64,000 bases of DNA from assembly GCA_049513575.1 (NCBI GenBank), contig JBEKVZ010000004.1, forward strand, positions 3,152 through 67,151, written 5' to 3'. The translations under genes and the position numbers were made by a program. Positions 1-7,237 of the stretch are shown piece after piece. The notes below the pieces were generated by a model, which saw only the letters and a list, made by a program, of their open reading frames with translations, was not told the origin of the DNA and made no database searches. Position 1 is the stretch's first letter. Every line of letters starts with the position of its first letter. Origin of the DNA: Gemmatimonadales bacterium (GTDB taxonomy: Bacteria; Gemmatimonadota; Gemmatimonadetes; Gemmatimonadales; JACORV01).

Positions 1-1
1 A

Positions 2-304
2 GAACCGCTGTCGTTTCCCGAAGCGGCGAGCAGACTCTCGGCGGTCTACGGCAGGACGGTCCGTTTCACGGCGATTCCCCTGATCCTGCCGAAGATTGCC
101 TGGTACGCGACGTGGCCCTTGGCCAGGTTCTCAGCTCCGGTCGACTACGTACACCAACTCCTGGGCTTCATCCAACTCCTGAACTCGTTTCCGCAGGACG
201 TAGCTCTCGCGTCGGTGAAGGACCATGACAAGCTCGTGCGCATCTTCAGCTACACGCCGACCACGCTTGAGATGGAGGCGCGACGGAGACAGAAACCGGG
301 TTAG
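2..304 (+). CDS. 3' end of a CDS entering from the left edge (partial); function unknown, weak resemblance to C-termini of NAD(P)-binding NmrA/NDUFA9-like proteins
   Basis: Frame 2 is open from nt 2 to TAG 302-304 (EPLSFPEAASRLSAVYGRTVRFTAIPLILPKIAW...FSYTPTTLEMEARRRQKPG). The listed 119..304 ORF is only its tail. Composition is protein-like but I cannot name a diagnostic motif. Confidence 0.35.
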   Translation, partial: EPLSFPEAASRLSAVYGRTVRFTAIPLILPKIAWYATWPLARFSAPVDYVHQLLGFIQLLNSFPQDVALASVKDHDKLVRIFSYTPTTLEMEARRRQKPG

Positions 305-424
305 GCTTGGCGGGCGGGCGCGTAGGGCTCATGGAGTTGTGCGGAGGCGGGGCAGGGCAGTGTTGCGCCGCTGGGCTGGGGTCGGTTGTCGTCGTCTCTG
401 CGTTCTTCCATCCCCGACATACGT

Positions 425-488
425 GCTACTAAATCAATAGTTGACAAGGCGCCGCGTCGGCCCTACTGTCTACTAACGCATTAGTAGA
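425..488. promoter_or_regulatory. two operator-like dyads, probable BlaI-family repressor binding sites
   Basis: Perfect dyad TCTACTAA-cgca-TTAGTAGA at 469-488 overlaps the -10/+1 region. A degenerate copy CTACTAA-atca-ATAGTTGA at 426-444 overlaps the -35. Confidence 0.5.
441..469 (+). promoter_or_regulatory. sigma70-type promoter of the blaI/blaR1-like operon
   Basis: Perfect -35 TTGACA (441-446), 17-nt spacer, -10 TACTGT (464-469). It lies 30 nt upstream of GTG 499, which is preceded by GGAGGG (490-495). Confidence 0.5.
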
Positions 489-498
489 TGGAGGGCCT

Positions 499-873
499 GT
501 GGCACTTCCTCTGACCGAACGCGAACTCGATGTCATGTCCGTGCTGTGGGAGCGCGGCTCCGGTACCGTGGCCGAGGTTCGGGCCGCCCTGGACGACGAG
601 CTGGCCTATACGACAGTGCTCACCGTGCTGCGAATCCTCGAGGCCAAGGGACATGTGCGGCACGAAGGGGAGGGAAGGGCACATCGCTACTACGCCCTCG
701 TCCCGGAGCGCGTCGCTCGCCAGGGCGCCGTCCGCCAGCTCATCGACCGGTTCTTCAGCGGATCGCCGGAGCTCCTGCTCACGCAGCTGGTTGGCGATCG
801 CGTGCTGAGCAGAGCCGACCTGCGACGGCTACGGCGGCTTCTCGACGCTCGTATCAAGGGAGGGCGGCCATGA
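499..873 (+). CDS. blaI: BlaI/MecI/CopY-family winged-helix transcriptional repressor
   Basis: 124 aa. MALPLTERELDVMSVLWERGSGTVAEVRAAL...YTTVLTVLRILEAKGHV is the typical family N-terminus. The stop overlaps the next start (ATGA at 870-873). Confidence 0.9.
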   Translation: MALPLTERELDVMSVLWERGSGTVAEVRAALDDELAYTTVLTVLRILEAKGHVRHEGEGRAHRYYALVPERVARQGAVRQLIDRFFSGSPELLLTQLVGDRVLSRADLRRLRRLLDARIKGGRP

Positions 874-2663
874 TCGCGATCTGGATGCTCTACGTGTCGG
901 CCCTCAGCCTCTGCTTCGGCCTTGCCGCCCTCGCTCTGGAGCGCGCAACGATGCTATGGATGCGGCCCCGTCGCACTGTCTGGACGGTGGCCATCGCGGC
1001 GTCGCTGCTCGTGCCGCTGGCGGGACTGGTGATCCCCGGTGCTCCGGCTCCTCAACGCGTCGTACCGGGATCGGTCCGTGTCGGGGAGCACGTCGCCGGG
1101 CCGGTCCTGGCAGGTGGGGCACAGTCGGTCGGAGTCTCCAGCGCGCCAAGCAAGATTGGTCCGCTGATGGCGGCCCTGAACCGGCCGCTGCTGCTGCTTT
1201 GGGGCGGTGCCTCATTCGCTCTGGGGCTTGGCCTGCTTCGGGCCGGCATCGGTCTCCGGCGCCGCGCACGCGGCTGGCGAGCGACCGTCGTAGACGGAGC
1301 CGAGGTGATGGTCGCGCCCGATATCGGGCCCGCCGTCGTGCGGCTGGGCGGCCTGAGGGTCGTGCTGCCGGAATGGGCGTTGTCGGCGGAGCCGGCGGCC
1401 CGCTCGATGATGCTACGGCACGAGAACGAGCACCGCGAGGCGCGCGACCCTGATCTCCTGCTCGGCGCCACCGTGGCGCTGATGCTCGTCCCGTGGTGCT
1501 TCCCGCTCTGGTGGCAGGTTCGGCGGCTGCAGCTCGCCGTCGAAACCGACTGCGATCGCCGGGTGATGCGCGCCGGCGCCGACGCGCACGCCTATGGTGT
1601 GCTGCTGTTGAGCGTCGGAGAGCGCTCCACGCGCCAGCCGCTGCTCGCCCCTACCGCGTTCTCCGAAGAGCGTTCATTGCTGGAGAGGAGGATCGAAGCC
1701 ATGACGTCTCCGACCTTGAAGCGGCGTCTCGTCCGGACTGCGCTCGCCACGGGGCTGGGCGCTCTCGCTGTCGCGGCCGCCTGCATGACGCCGAAGCCCG
1801 CGCCGGCGCCTGCGCCGCAGGCAGCGCCCGCGCCTACCCAGCAGCCGGCAGCGGGCCCTGCGCCGCAAGCAGCGCCGGCGCCTACCCAGCAGCGGGCAGC
1901 CGCGCCTGCGCCAGAGTCAGCGTCGGCGGCGCGCCCGATCCCGCCCGGCGTCTACCGAGAAGCGGATGTCACCGTTCGGCCCGAGCGCATTGGCGGGCCG
2001 GCGCCGAGATACCCGGACAGCCTGCGCACAGCGGGCGTGGGGGGGCGAGTCCTGGTCGAGTTCATCGTCGACACGACCGGGCACGTGGATCCGGGGTCCG
2101 TCCGGATCGTCTCGAGTACGCATCCAGGATTCGAGGCGCCGACGCGGGAAGCCATCGTTGCCAGCACGTTCAGACCGGGCCTGGTGCAGGGGCGCGCCGT
2201 ACCGGTGTTGATCACGCAGCCGGTGAACTACGAGGTCGTCCGGGGCCCGGATTCGACCTATCGGCTTCCCACGGGCAACGTTCTCGTCCGCGACGGCATG
2301 AATGCGCTGCGGGCGCAAGACTATGCGCGCGCCGACTCGCTCCTGGGGCTGGCGCAACAGGGTATGAGCGGGAAGGAGCTCCAGGCGGTGATGTTCTACC
2401 ACGGCATGGCGCAGTTCTCGCGCGCCTATGCAGCGGTGACGGACGCGCGGTCGAAGGTGCGCGACGCCGAGAAGGACGCGGCCGTCAGGGCGGAGGCCTG
2501 CGCCTCGGTTGCGGCCGCGGGCGGCTTCCTCAACCAGGCTGAGCCGAACATCATGGGCGGCGCGGTCTCGAGTCCGGACATGGGGGTGCAGTTGCTGAAG
2601 AGTATCCCCGAGATGCGGAGCTCCTTGCCGCAGCTGGCGCGCGTGTTGAACTGTCCGTCGTAG
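870..2663 (+). CDS. BlaR1-like M56 metalloprotease signal transducer with TonB C-terminal-type periplasmic domain
   Basis: 597 aa. N-terminal TM segments and the HEXXH site HENEH (nt 1419-1433). A Pro/Ala/Gln linker precedes a TonB_C-like segment at roughly residues 375-457 (YPDSLRTAGVGGRVLVEFIVDTTGHVDPGSVRIV...GRAVPVLITQPVNYEV), followed by an extra ~130-aa helical C-terminus. The start was chosen from the ATGA coupling; the part of the 546..2663 ORF upstream of it is an Arg/Gly/Pro-rich artefact over blaI. Confidence 0.85.
   Translation: MIAIWMLYVSALSLCFGLAALALERATMLWMRPRRTVWTVAIAASLLVPLAGLVIPGAPAPQRVVPGSVRVGEHVAGPVLAGGAQSVGVSSAPSKIGPLMAALNRPLLLLWGGASFALGLGLLRAGIGLRRRARGWRATVVDGAEVMVAPDIGPAVVRLGGLRVVLPEWALSAEPAARSMMLRHENEHREARDPDLLLGATVALMLVPWCFPLWWQVRRLQLAVETDCDRRVMRAGADAHAYGVLLLSVGERSTRQPLLAPTAFSEERSLLERRIEAMTSPTLKRRLVRTALATGLGALAVAAACMTPKPAPAPAPQAAPAPTQQPAAGPAPQAAPAPTQQRAAAPAPESASAARPIPPGVYREADVTVRPERIGGPAPRYPDSLRTAGVGGRVLVEFIVDTTGHVDPGSVRIVSSTHPGFEAPTREAIVASTFRPGLVQGRAVPVLITQPVNYEVVRGPDSTYRLPTGNVLVRDGMNALRAQDYARADSLLGLAQQGMSGKELQAVMFYHGMAQFSRAYAAVTDARSKVRDAEKDAAVRAEACASVAAAGGFLNQAEPNIMGGAVSSPDMGVQLLKSIPEMRSSLPQLARVLNCPS
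1809..1912 (+). repeat. 48-bp tandem repeat (about 2.2 copies) inside the BlaR1-like linker
   Basis: Units starting CCTGCGCCGCA at 1809 and 1857, with a partial third at 1905. They encode PAPQAAPAPTQQPAAG / PAPQAAPAPTQQRAAA. Confidence 0.8.
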
Positions 2664-2752
2664 TGCACCGGGTCAGCTCAACGGGCGCGCCGTGCCGGTG
2701 ATGGTCAGGCTCGCGATCCCGTTTGTGATCGCGCCAGGTCCGAACCATTGAT

Positions 2753-2786
2753 CCCGCCTGATAAGCGTGAGGTCGGTGGTTCAACC
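2753..2786 (+). pseudogene. tRNA-Ile(GAT)-like fragment (anticodon arm to T-loop only), non-functional
   Basis: Nt 2757-2784, CCTGATAAGCGTGAGGTCGGTGGTTCAA, matches 27/28 the corresponding segment of E. coli tRNA-Ile(GAT) as I recall it. The flanking sequence cannot form acceptor, D or T stems. Confidence 0.5.
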
Positions 2787-3193
2787 TGCCTGTTCCTCCG
2801 TCCGCTCGGCACGCATCCGACGCCGCATGGCCAGAGCTTCCCGTATGGAGCGCTCATCGGCTTACTACCAACACATCAGCACCGTCGCCTCCATACGCCG
2901 TCCCCGACAAACGGTATCGCAATTGACGCTCGACCTGAATGACGCCGGACTGACGCGAGGACCATATACTGTGCTTCGTCCGTTGCGCTGGAGCGGGGTG
3001 CGTGTCCTATCGTCGAGGCGCAGTGCCCGCCACGAAGATGCGAGTCCCAGCCTGGCTGGTCTCGTCAGCTCCACAGGTCATAGCGCTTGCCCGACTGACC
3101 GCCTTCGCGCGCGACAAGCAACCGCCCTCGGGTCCTGGAAGCCAATTCGTTTCGCCCGCCCAATTCAACTCAACGGATCCGGCACGTCGTGAC

Positions 3194-4306
3194 ATGCTGA
3201 GAGCGATGCGCGGCACAACCCACTCGGTGCTCCTCCTGGCCGGTGCCCTCGTCATCCTAGGCTCCTGCGCCGAGCGGGCTGAGGCGCAGCATCGGCCGGG
3301 CGGGAGCGGGGCGGCCACCGTGCGCGGGGTAGTGCGCGCGACGACCGGCGAGGCAATCCCATACGCCAGCGTCGCGCTCCTGCCCGCGTTCGCGGCCCGC
3401 TTCACCGACGACAGCGGCGCGTTCTTGTTCACCGGTGTGGCGCCGGGCACGTATCACCTCGTGGCCCGCCAGGTGGGGTACACGCCGCACGACACGAGCA
3501 TCGTGGTCGAGGCCAGCGCGAGCGTCACGGTCGCGGTCGCACTGGAGCACTTCGTGGTGGAGCTCTCCGCGATCACCGTCGTCGGAGAGATGGCACGGCC
3601 GGGCGGCGTCTGGCGGTGCACGAACCCGGGCGCGCCCGATTCCGCGCAGGACCCGGAAGTGGCGGCCGTGTTCGACCAGCTGCGCGAAAACGCGCAGCGC
3701 TACTGGCTGCTCGCGGACTCCTACCCCGCGTTCTACCGGCTGGAGCGCCGCTTCGGGCGACACGACCGTGACTGGGAGCGGCTCGTCGTGCGCTGGACCG
3801 ATACCGTGGGGCTGCGTACCGACACGCGATGGCGCTACGCGCCCGGGCATCTCCTGGCCGACGTGCCGCTTGCGCGCGGCAGGACGGAGCTGCAAGTCAA
3901 CCTCCCGACGCTGCCGGACTTCGTGGACCCGGTCTTTGTCCAGAACCACTGTTTCCGCCTCGAAGGGCTCGACACCATCGCGGGCGGTCGATACGTGCGG
4001 CTCGACTTCCGGGCGGCCGAGCGGATCGCGGACCCGGATGCGGACGGCTCGGCGTACCTCGATCCCGGTACCTACCTCATCCGGTATGCGAAGGTGTGGC
4101 TGACGCGGCCCGAACGCGCCGCGACGGGGCTCTCCAGTTTCCAGGCCACCGTGGCCTTCCGGGAGATCCTGCCCAAGCTGGTTCTCCCCGAGCGCATCTC
4201 CAGCGTGCAGTTCGTTTACCAGGGCTCGCAGCTCGTCGAGTTCGCAGAAGAGCAGCGGATGATTGACGTGAGCTTCCTGCGCGCGCTCCCGAAGCGGCAG
4301 CCATGA
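3194..4306 (+). CDS. secreted carboxypeptidase-regulatory-like (CarbopepD_reg) domain protein with TonB-box-like strand and an unknown C-terminal domain
   Basis: 370 aa. Signal peptide MLRAMRGTTHSVLLLAGALVILGSCAERAEA. CarbopepD_reg pattern VRGVVRATTGEAIPYASVALL...TDDSGAFLFTGVAPGTYHLVARQVGY. ELSAITVVGE at nt 3560-3589. ATG 3194 is in frame with the 3002..4306 ORF. Confidence 0.8.
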   Translation: MLRAMRGTTHSVLLLAGALVILGSCAERAEAQHRPGGSGAATVRGVVRATTGEAIPYASVALLPAFAARFTDDSGAFLFTGVAPGTYHLVARQVGYTPHDTSIVVEASASVTVAVALEHFVVELSAITVVGEMARPGGVWRCTNPGAPDSAQDPEVAAVFDQLRENAQRYWLLADSYPAFYRLERRFGRHDRDWERLVVRWTDTVGLRTDTRWRYAPGHLLADVPLARGRTELQVNLPTLPDFVDPVFVQNHCFRLEGLDTIAGGRYVRLDFRAAERIADPDADGSAYLDPGTYLIRYAKVWLTRPERAATGLSSFQATVAFREILPKLVLPERISSVQFVYQGSQLVEFAEEQRMIDVSFLRALPKRQP

Positions 4307-5241
4307 GCCGGCGCTCTTGCATTGTGACCGCTGTGATCGCCGTCGGGGCCCTGTCCCTGCCCGGCGGCGCGGACGGTCAGCAACCACCACCTCAACCTCG
4401 TGCCGTGATCGTGGGACGCGTCACGGACACGCTCGGCACGCCGCTGCCAGAGTGCTTCGTGCGCCTGGAGCAGGCCCGAGCGGCGACGTTGTGCGACAGC
4501 GTGGGGCGATTCCGTCTCCCCGGCGTCGGCCACGAGGTGACCACATTCGAGGTGAAGCGGCTGGGGTACGTGCCGGGGCGCTTCAGCGTGATGGTGCTCG
4601 GCGACTCGATCCAGGTGAACATTCAGCTGGTGCCGATAGTGCTGGAGCTTCCTCCGATAACTGTCACGGCCGAGGGGTTGAACCCGTACCTTGTTGAGCG
4701 CGGGTTCTACCGCCGGATGCAGGAAGGTGAGACGGCGCTGTTCATCACGCCGGAGGAGCTGGAGCGCTTGAGACCGCGGCAGGTGACGGACGTCCTGAAG
4801 GGTCGGCCTAGCCTCAATATCACCTGGGTTGATGAGGGGGGAGGCGAGCTGGTGCCGCTGCTGTCCGGCAGAAACTACTGCCTGCTTAACGTCTTCGTGG
4901 ATGGGATTGAGATTCCAGGGATCTACAAGAGGTCTGAGAACATCCGCGGAGGGGTCTCGGCGTTCTCCCAAGTCGGACAAGCCGGGCAGCCCCCGACCGG
5001 CGGCGCAGCCTCCGGGGCTCCGGACTTAAGTCTCGACGCCTTCATCCTGCCGCACACCATCGCGGCGATCGAGATCTACCCGTCGGGTCCGAGCACGCCG
5101 ATCGAGTTCCGTAGCGCCAACGAGTGTGGCGCCATCGTGATCTGGACCAAGGTCGGCACGTATTCGCCCGCTGGCAGCGCCCGGATTCAGCTGTCCCCTG
5201 CGGACACCGCGCCCGGGTCCTCGGCGCGGACGCCTTCTTAA
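4303..5241 (+). CDS. CarbopepD_reg + TonB-box + Plug-like protein lacking a beta-barrel
   Basis: 312 aa, with an ATGA overlap onto the previous gene. IVGRVTDTLGTPLPECFVRLE...DSVGRFRLPGVGHEVTTFEVKRLGY. ELPPITVTAEG at nt 4645-4677. Plug-like motifs: QVTDVLKGRPSLNI, VFVDGIEI, IAAIEIYPSGPSTPIEF, GAIVIWTK. Confidence 0.8.
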   Translation: MSRRSCIVTAVIAVGALSLPGGADGQQPPPQPRAVIVGRVTDTLGTPLPECFVRLEQARAATLCDSVGRFRLPGVGHEVTTFEVKRLGYVPGRFSVMVLGDSIQVNIQLVPIVLELPPITVTAEGLNPYLVERGFYRRMQEGETALFITPEELERLRPRQVTDVLKGRPSLNITWVDEGGGELVPLLSGRNYCLLNVFVDGIEIPGIYKRSENIRGGVSAFSQVGQAGQPPTGGAASGAPDLSLDAFILPHTIAAIEIYPSGPSTPIEFRSANECGAIVIWTKVGTYSPAGSARIQLSPADTAPGSSARTPS

Positions 5242-5519
5242 CCACAGACCGAGGATTCACCCCTCAGGTGAACTAGACGCCCCGCTCGAGGTTGCGATTT
5301 CGGGCGGGGGCGGTTCCGCCGCTCGTCACGCCGCAGGTCCGGCTCCGTGTCGCGGAGACGTCGAATACCGCGCTGCACCTGCCAGCTTCTTTCAGGGTGA
5401 GACAACTGGGACGACGACTTCCGAGACGTTTCGCCGACGCCTATGTTGTACGGTGGCCAACGGGCCGGGGGGTGACCTCTCGGCCCGTTCGGCATGCGGC
5501 CACGACTCGAGGGCGGGCC

Positions 5520-6443
5520 ATGCATTTCAGGAAGATCGTCATCAGCGTCGTGCTCGTGATCATCGGCCTGCCCATCGTGCTGGGCCTCGTCATCGTCGGG
5601 GCCGTCTCCGTGCTCGATCGGACGAACGGCACCATCGTGTCCTCGGGCCACAAGCGCGAGTACCTGCTCTACGTCCCCAAGAGTTACGATCGCGGCAAGC
5701 CGACGCCGTTGGTCATCAGCCTGCACGCGGCGATGAACTGGCCCGCGTTTCAGCGGAATCTCACGCACTGGGACAAACTGGCGGACGAAAACGGCTTCCT
5801 CGTCGTCTACCCGGGGGGAACCGGCACAGGCCCCAAGGCCTGGTTCATGGATGGGTACCGAAACCCGTCCATGATGCCGGATGTCCGGTTCATCTCGGGC
5901 CTGATCGATACACTGGAAGCGGCCTACACGATCGATCGGACCAGGATCTACGCGGACGGGATGTCCAACGGCGGTGGGATGGCCTTCGTGCTGTCGTGTA
6001 CCCTCTCGCATCGGATCGCCGCCATCGGGGCCGTGTCCGCCGCGCAGTCCCTGCCGTGGAGCTGGTGTGCGGACTCGACGCCGGTGCCGATGATCGCGTT
6101 TCACGGCACGGCCGATCCGGTCGTTCCATACGACGGTGGCAAGAAGTGGATAGCCCCTCTGCCGTTTCCGAGCGTGCGGGCGTGGGTCGGCAGCTGGGCG
6201 CGAAGAAACCGTTGTGGACCGACCCCCGTCGACTCCGCGGTGGCGGCGGACGTCACTCGCACCGAATACACGCACTGCGCCGACGACGCAGCTGTGGTGC
6301 TCTACACCATGAGGGGCGCCGGTCATCAGTGGTATGGCGGGAAGCCGCTGCCCCGGTGGCTCGTCGGGCCCATGAGCAACAGCGTTGACGTCACCAGCCT
6401 GCTGTGGGCGTTCTTTCGCGCACATCCCCTGCGGCGTTCGTAA
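5520..6443 (+). CDS. membrane-anchored PHB-depolymerase-family (LpqC-like) esterase, alpha/beta hydrolase
   Basis: 307 aa. N-terminal TM segment MHFRKIVISVVLVIIGLPIVLGLVIVGAV. YLLYVPKSYDRGKPTPLVISLHA; nucleophile elbow GMSNGG; FHGTADPVVPY. ATG 5520 is in frame with the 5292..6443 ORF. Confidence 0.8.
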   Translation: MHFRKIVISVVLVIIGLPIVLGLVIVGAVSVLDRTNGTIVSSGHKREYLLYVPKSYDRGKPTPLVISLHAAMNWPAFQRNLTHWDKLADENGFLVVYPGGTGTGPKAWFMDGYRNPSMMPDVRFISGLIDTLEAAYTIDRTRIYADGMSNGGGMAFVLSCTLSHRIAAIGAVSAAQSLPWSWCADSTPVPMIAFHGTADPVVPYDGGKKWIAPLPFPSVRAWVGSWARRNRCGPTPVDSAVAADVTRTEYTHCADDAAVVLYTMRGAGHQWYGGKPLPRWLVGPMSNSVDVTSLLWAFFRAHPLRRS

Positions 6444-6654
6444 GCCCGTCCTGATGGGCTCCGGAGAGCCCCTGTGGCGGGACCTCGACGCGCGGGCTCT
6501 GGGCTATGAATGCGTGGAGCACGTCGCGGGCGAGCGCGCGACCCATTTGATTCTGCGCGGGCGCGTCTAGCGGCGGCGACGTTCTCAGACAGCATAACGC
6601 GCCGGCCGGACGGGCCTCCGTGCGGCTCTGGACCGTTTCGAGCCGGAGGACGCT

Positions 6655-7161
6655 ATGGCGGACGTCGAAGTCCGCGCCTCACCCATCGAAGGGCTCGGCG
6701 TGTTCGCCGCCCGGGGGTTCAAGGCCGGGGAGCGCATCCGGCGGGTGAACGTGGTACGTGAAGTCACCGCCGAGGCGCCGCTCCGGGAGGACCTGGGCGA
6801 GCGGCGGGACCACTGCGACTACCCCGACGGCCGGGTGGTCCTGCTCGGATTCCCCGACCGCCACACGAACCACAGCTGCGACCCCAGCGCCTGGGTGCTG
6901 TACGAAGGGGAAGGGGCCTGGCTGGTCGCCCGCCGGGACCTCGCCCCCGGGGACGAGATCACCTGCGACTACAACATCAACATCGCGGGCGGGACCTCCT
7001 GGCCCTGCCACTGCGGCGCCGCCCGCTGCCGCGGCGAGACGACCGGGGACTTCTTCAGCCTGCCGCCGGATATCCAGCGCGAGTACCGGCCGTTGCTGGC
7101 CGACTGGTTCGCACGCCGCCACGAAGCCCAAGTCGCAGCCCTGGATGCGAAGGCACATTAG
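6655..7161 (+). CDS. SET-domain protein (putative lysine methyltransferase) with post-SET Cys cluster
   Basis: 168 aa. GLGVFAARGFKAGERI, NHSCDPSAWV, GDEITCDYN, and post-SET WPCHCGAARCRG. GGAGGA lies 4 nt upstream of the ATG. Confidence 0.9.
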   Translation: MADVEVRASPIEGLGVFAARGFKAGERIRRVNVVREVTAEAPLREDLGERRDHCDYPDGRVVLLGFPDRHTNHSCDPSAWVLYEGEGAWLVARRDLAPGDEITCDYNINIAGGTSWPCHCGAARCRGETTGDFFSLPPDIQREYRPLLADWFARRHEAQVAALDAKAH

Positions 7162-7237
7162 CCTCCTTCGACATCGCTTGAAGTCGCGCGCCGAATCTAT
7201 TGTGGAGTAAGGCGTTACGCGGTATCATTGACGGCCA

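Noticed and set aside
119-304. The 61-aa ORF as an independent small gene.
   Set aside because: The same frame is open all the way to nt 2, so this is the tail of a gene that begins outside the window.
500-514. TGGCAC at 500-505 as a sigma-54 (-24/-12) promoter, given that rpoN is in the window.
   Set aside because: The -12 position reads GA rather than GC (TGGCACttcctcTGA). The site also lies inside the first codons of blaI. No convincing GG-N10-GC promoter was found elsewhere by eye.
546-869. Upstream 108 codons of the 705-aa ORF 546..2663, which would give a much longer BlaR1-like protein.
   Set aside because: It overlaps blaI in another frame, and the translation is Arg/Gly/Pro/Ala-rich and not protein-like. 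ATG 870 gives the classical ATGA coupling and starts directly with the first TM segment.
2727-2800. A complete, functional tRNA-Ile gene around the 28-nt match.
   Set aside because: The T-stem 3' strand (TGCCT) cannot pair with GGTGG. No acceptor or D arm can be drawn from the flanks. Only an anticodon-arm-to-T-loop fragment is present.
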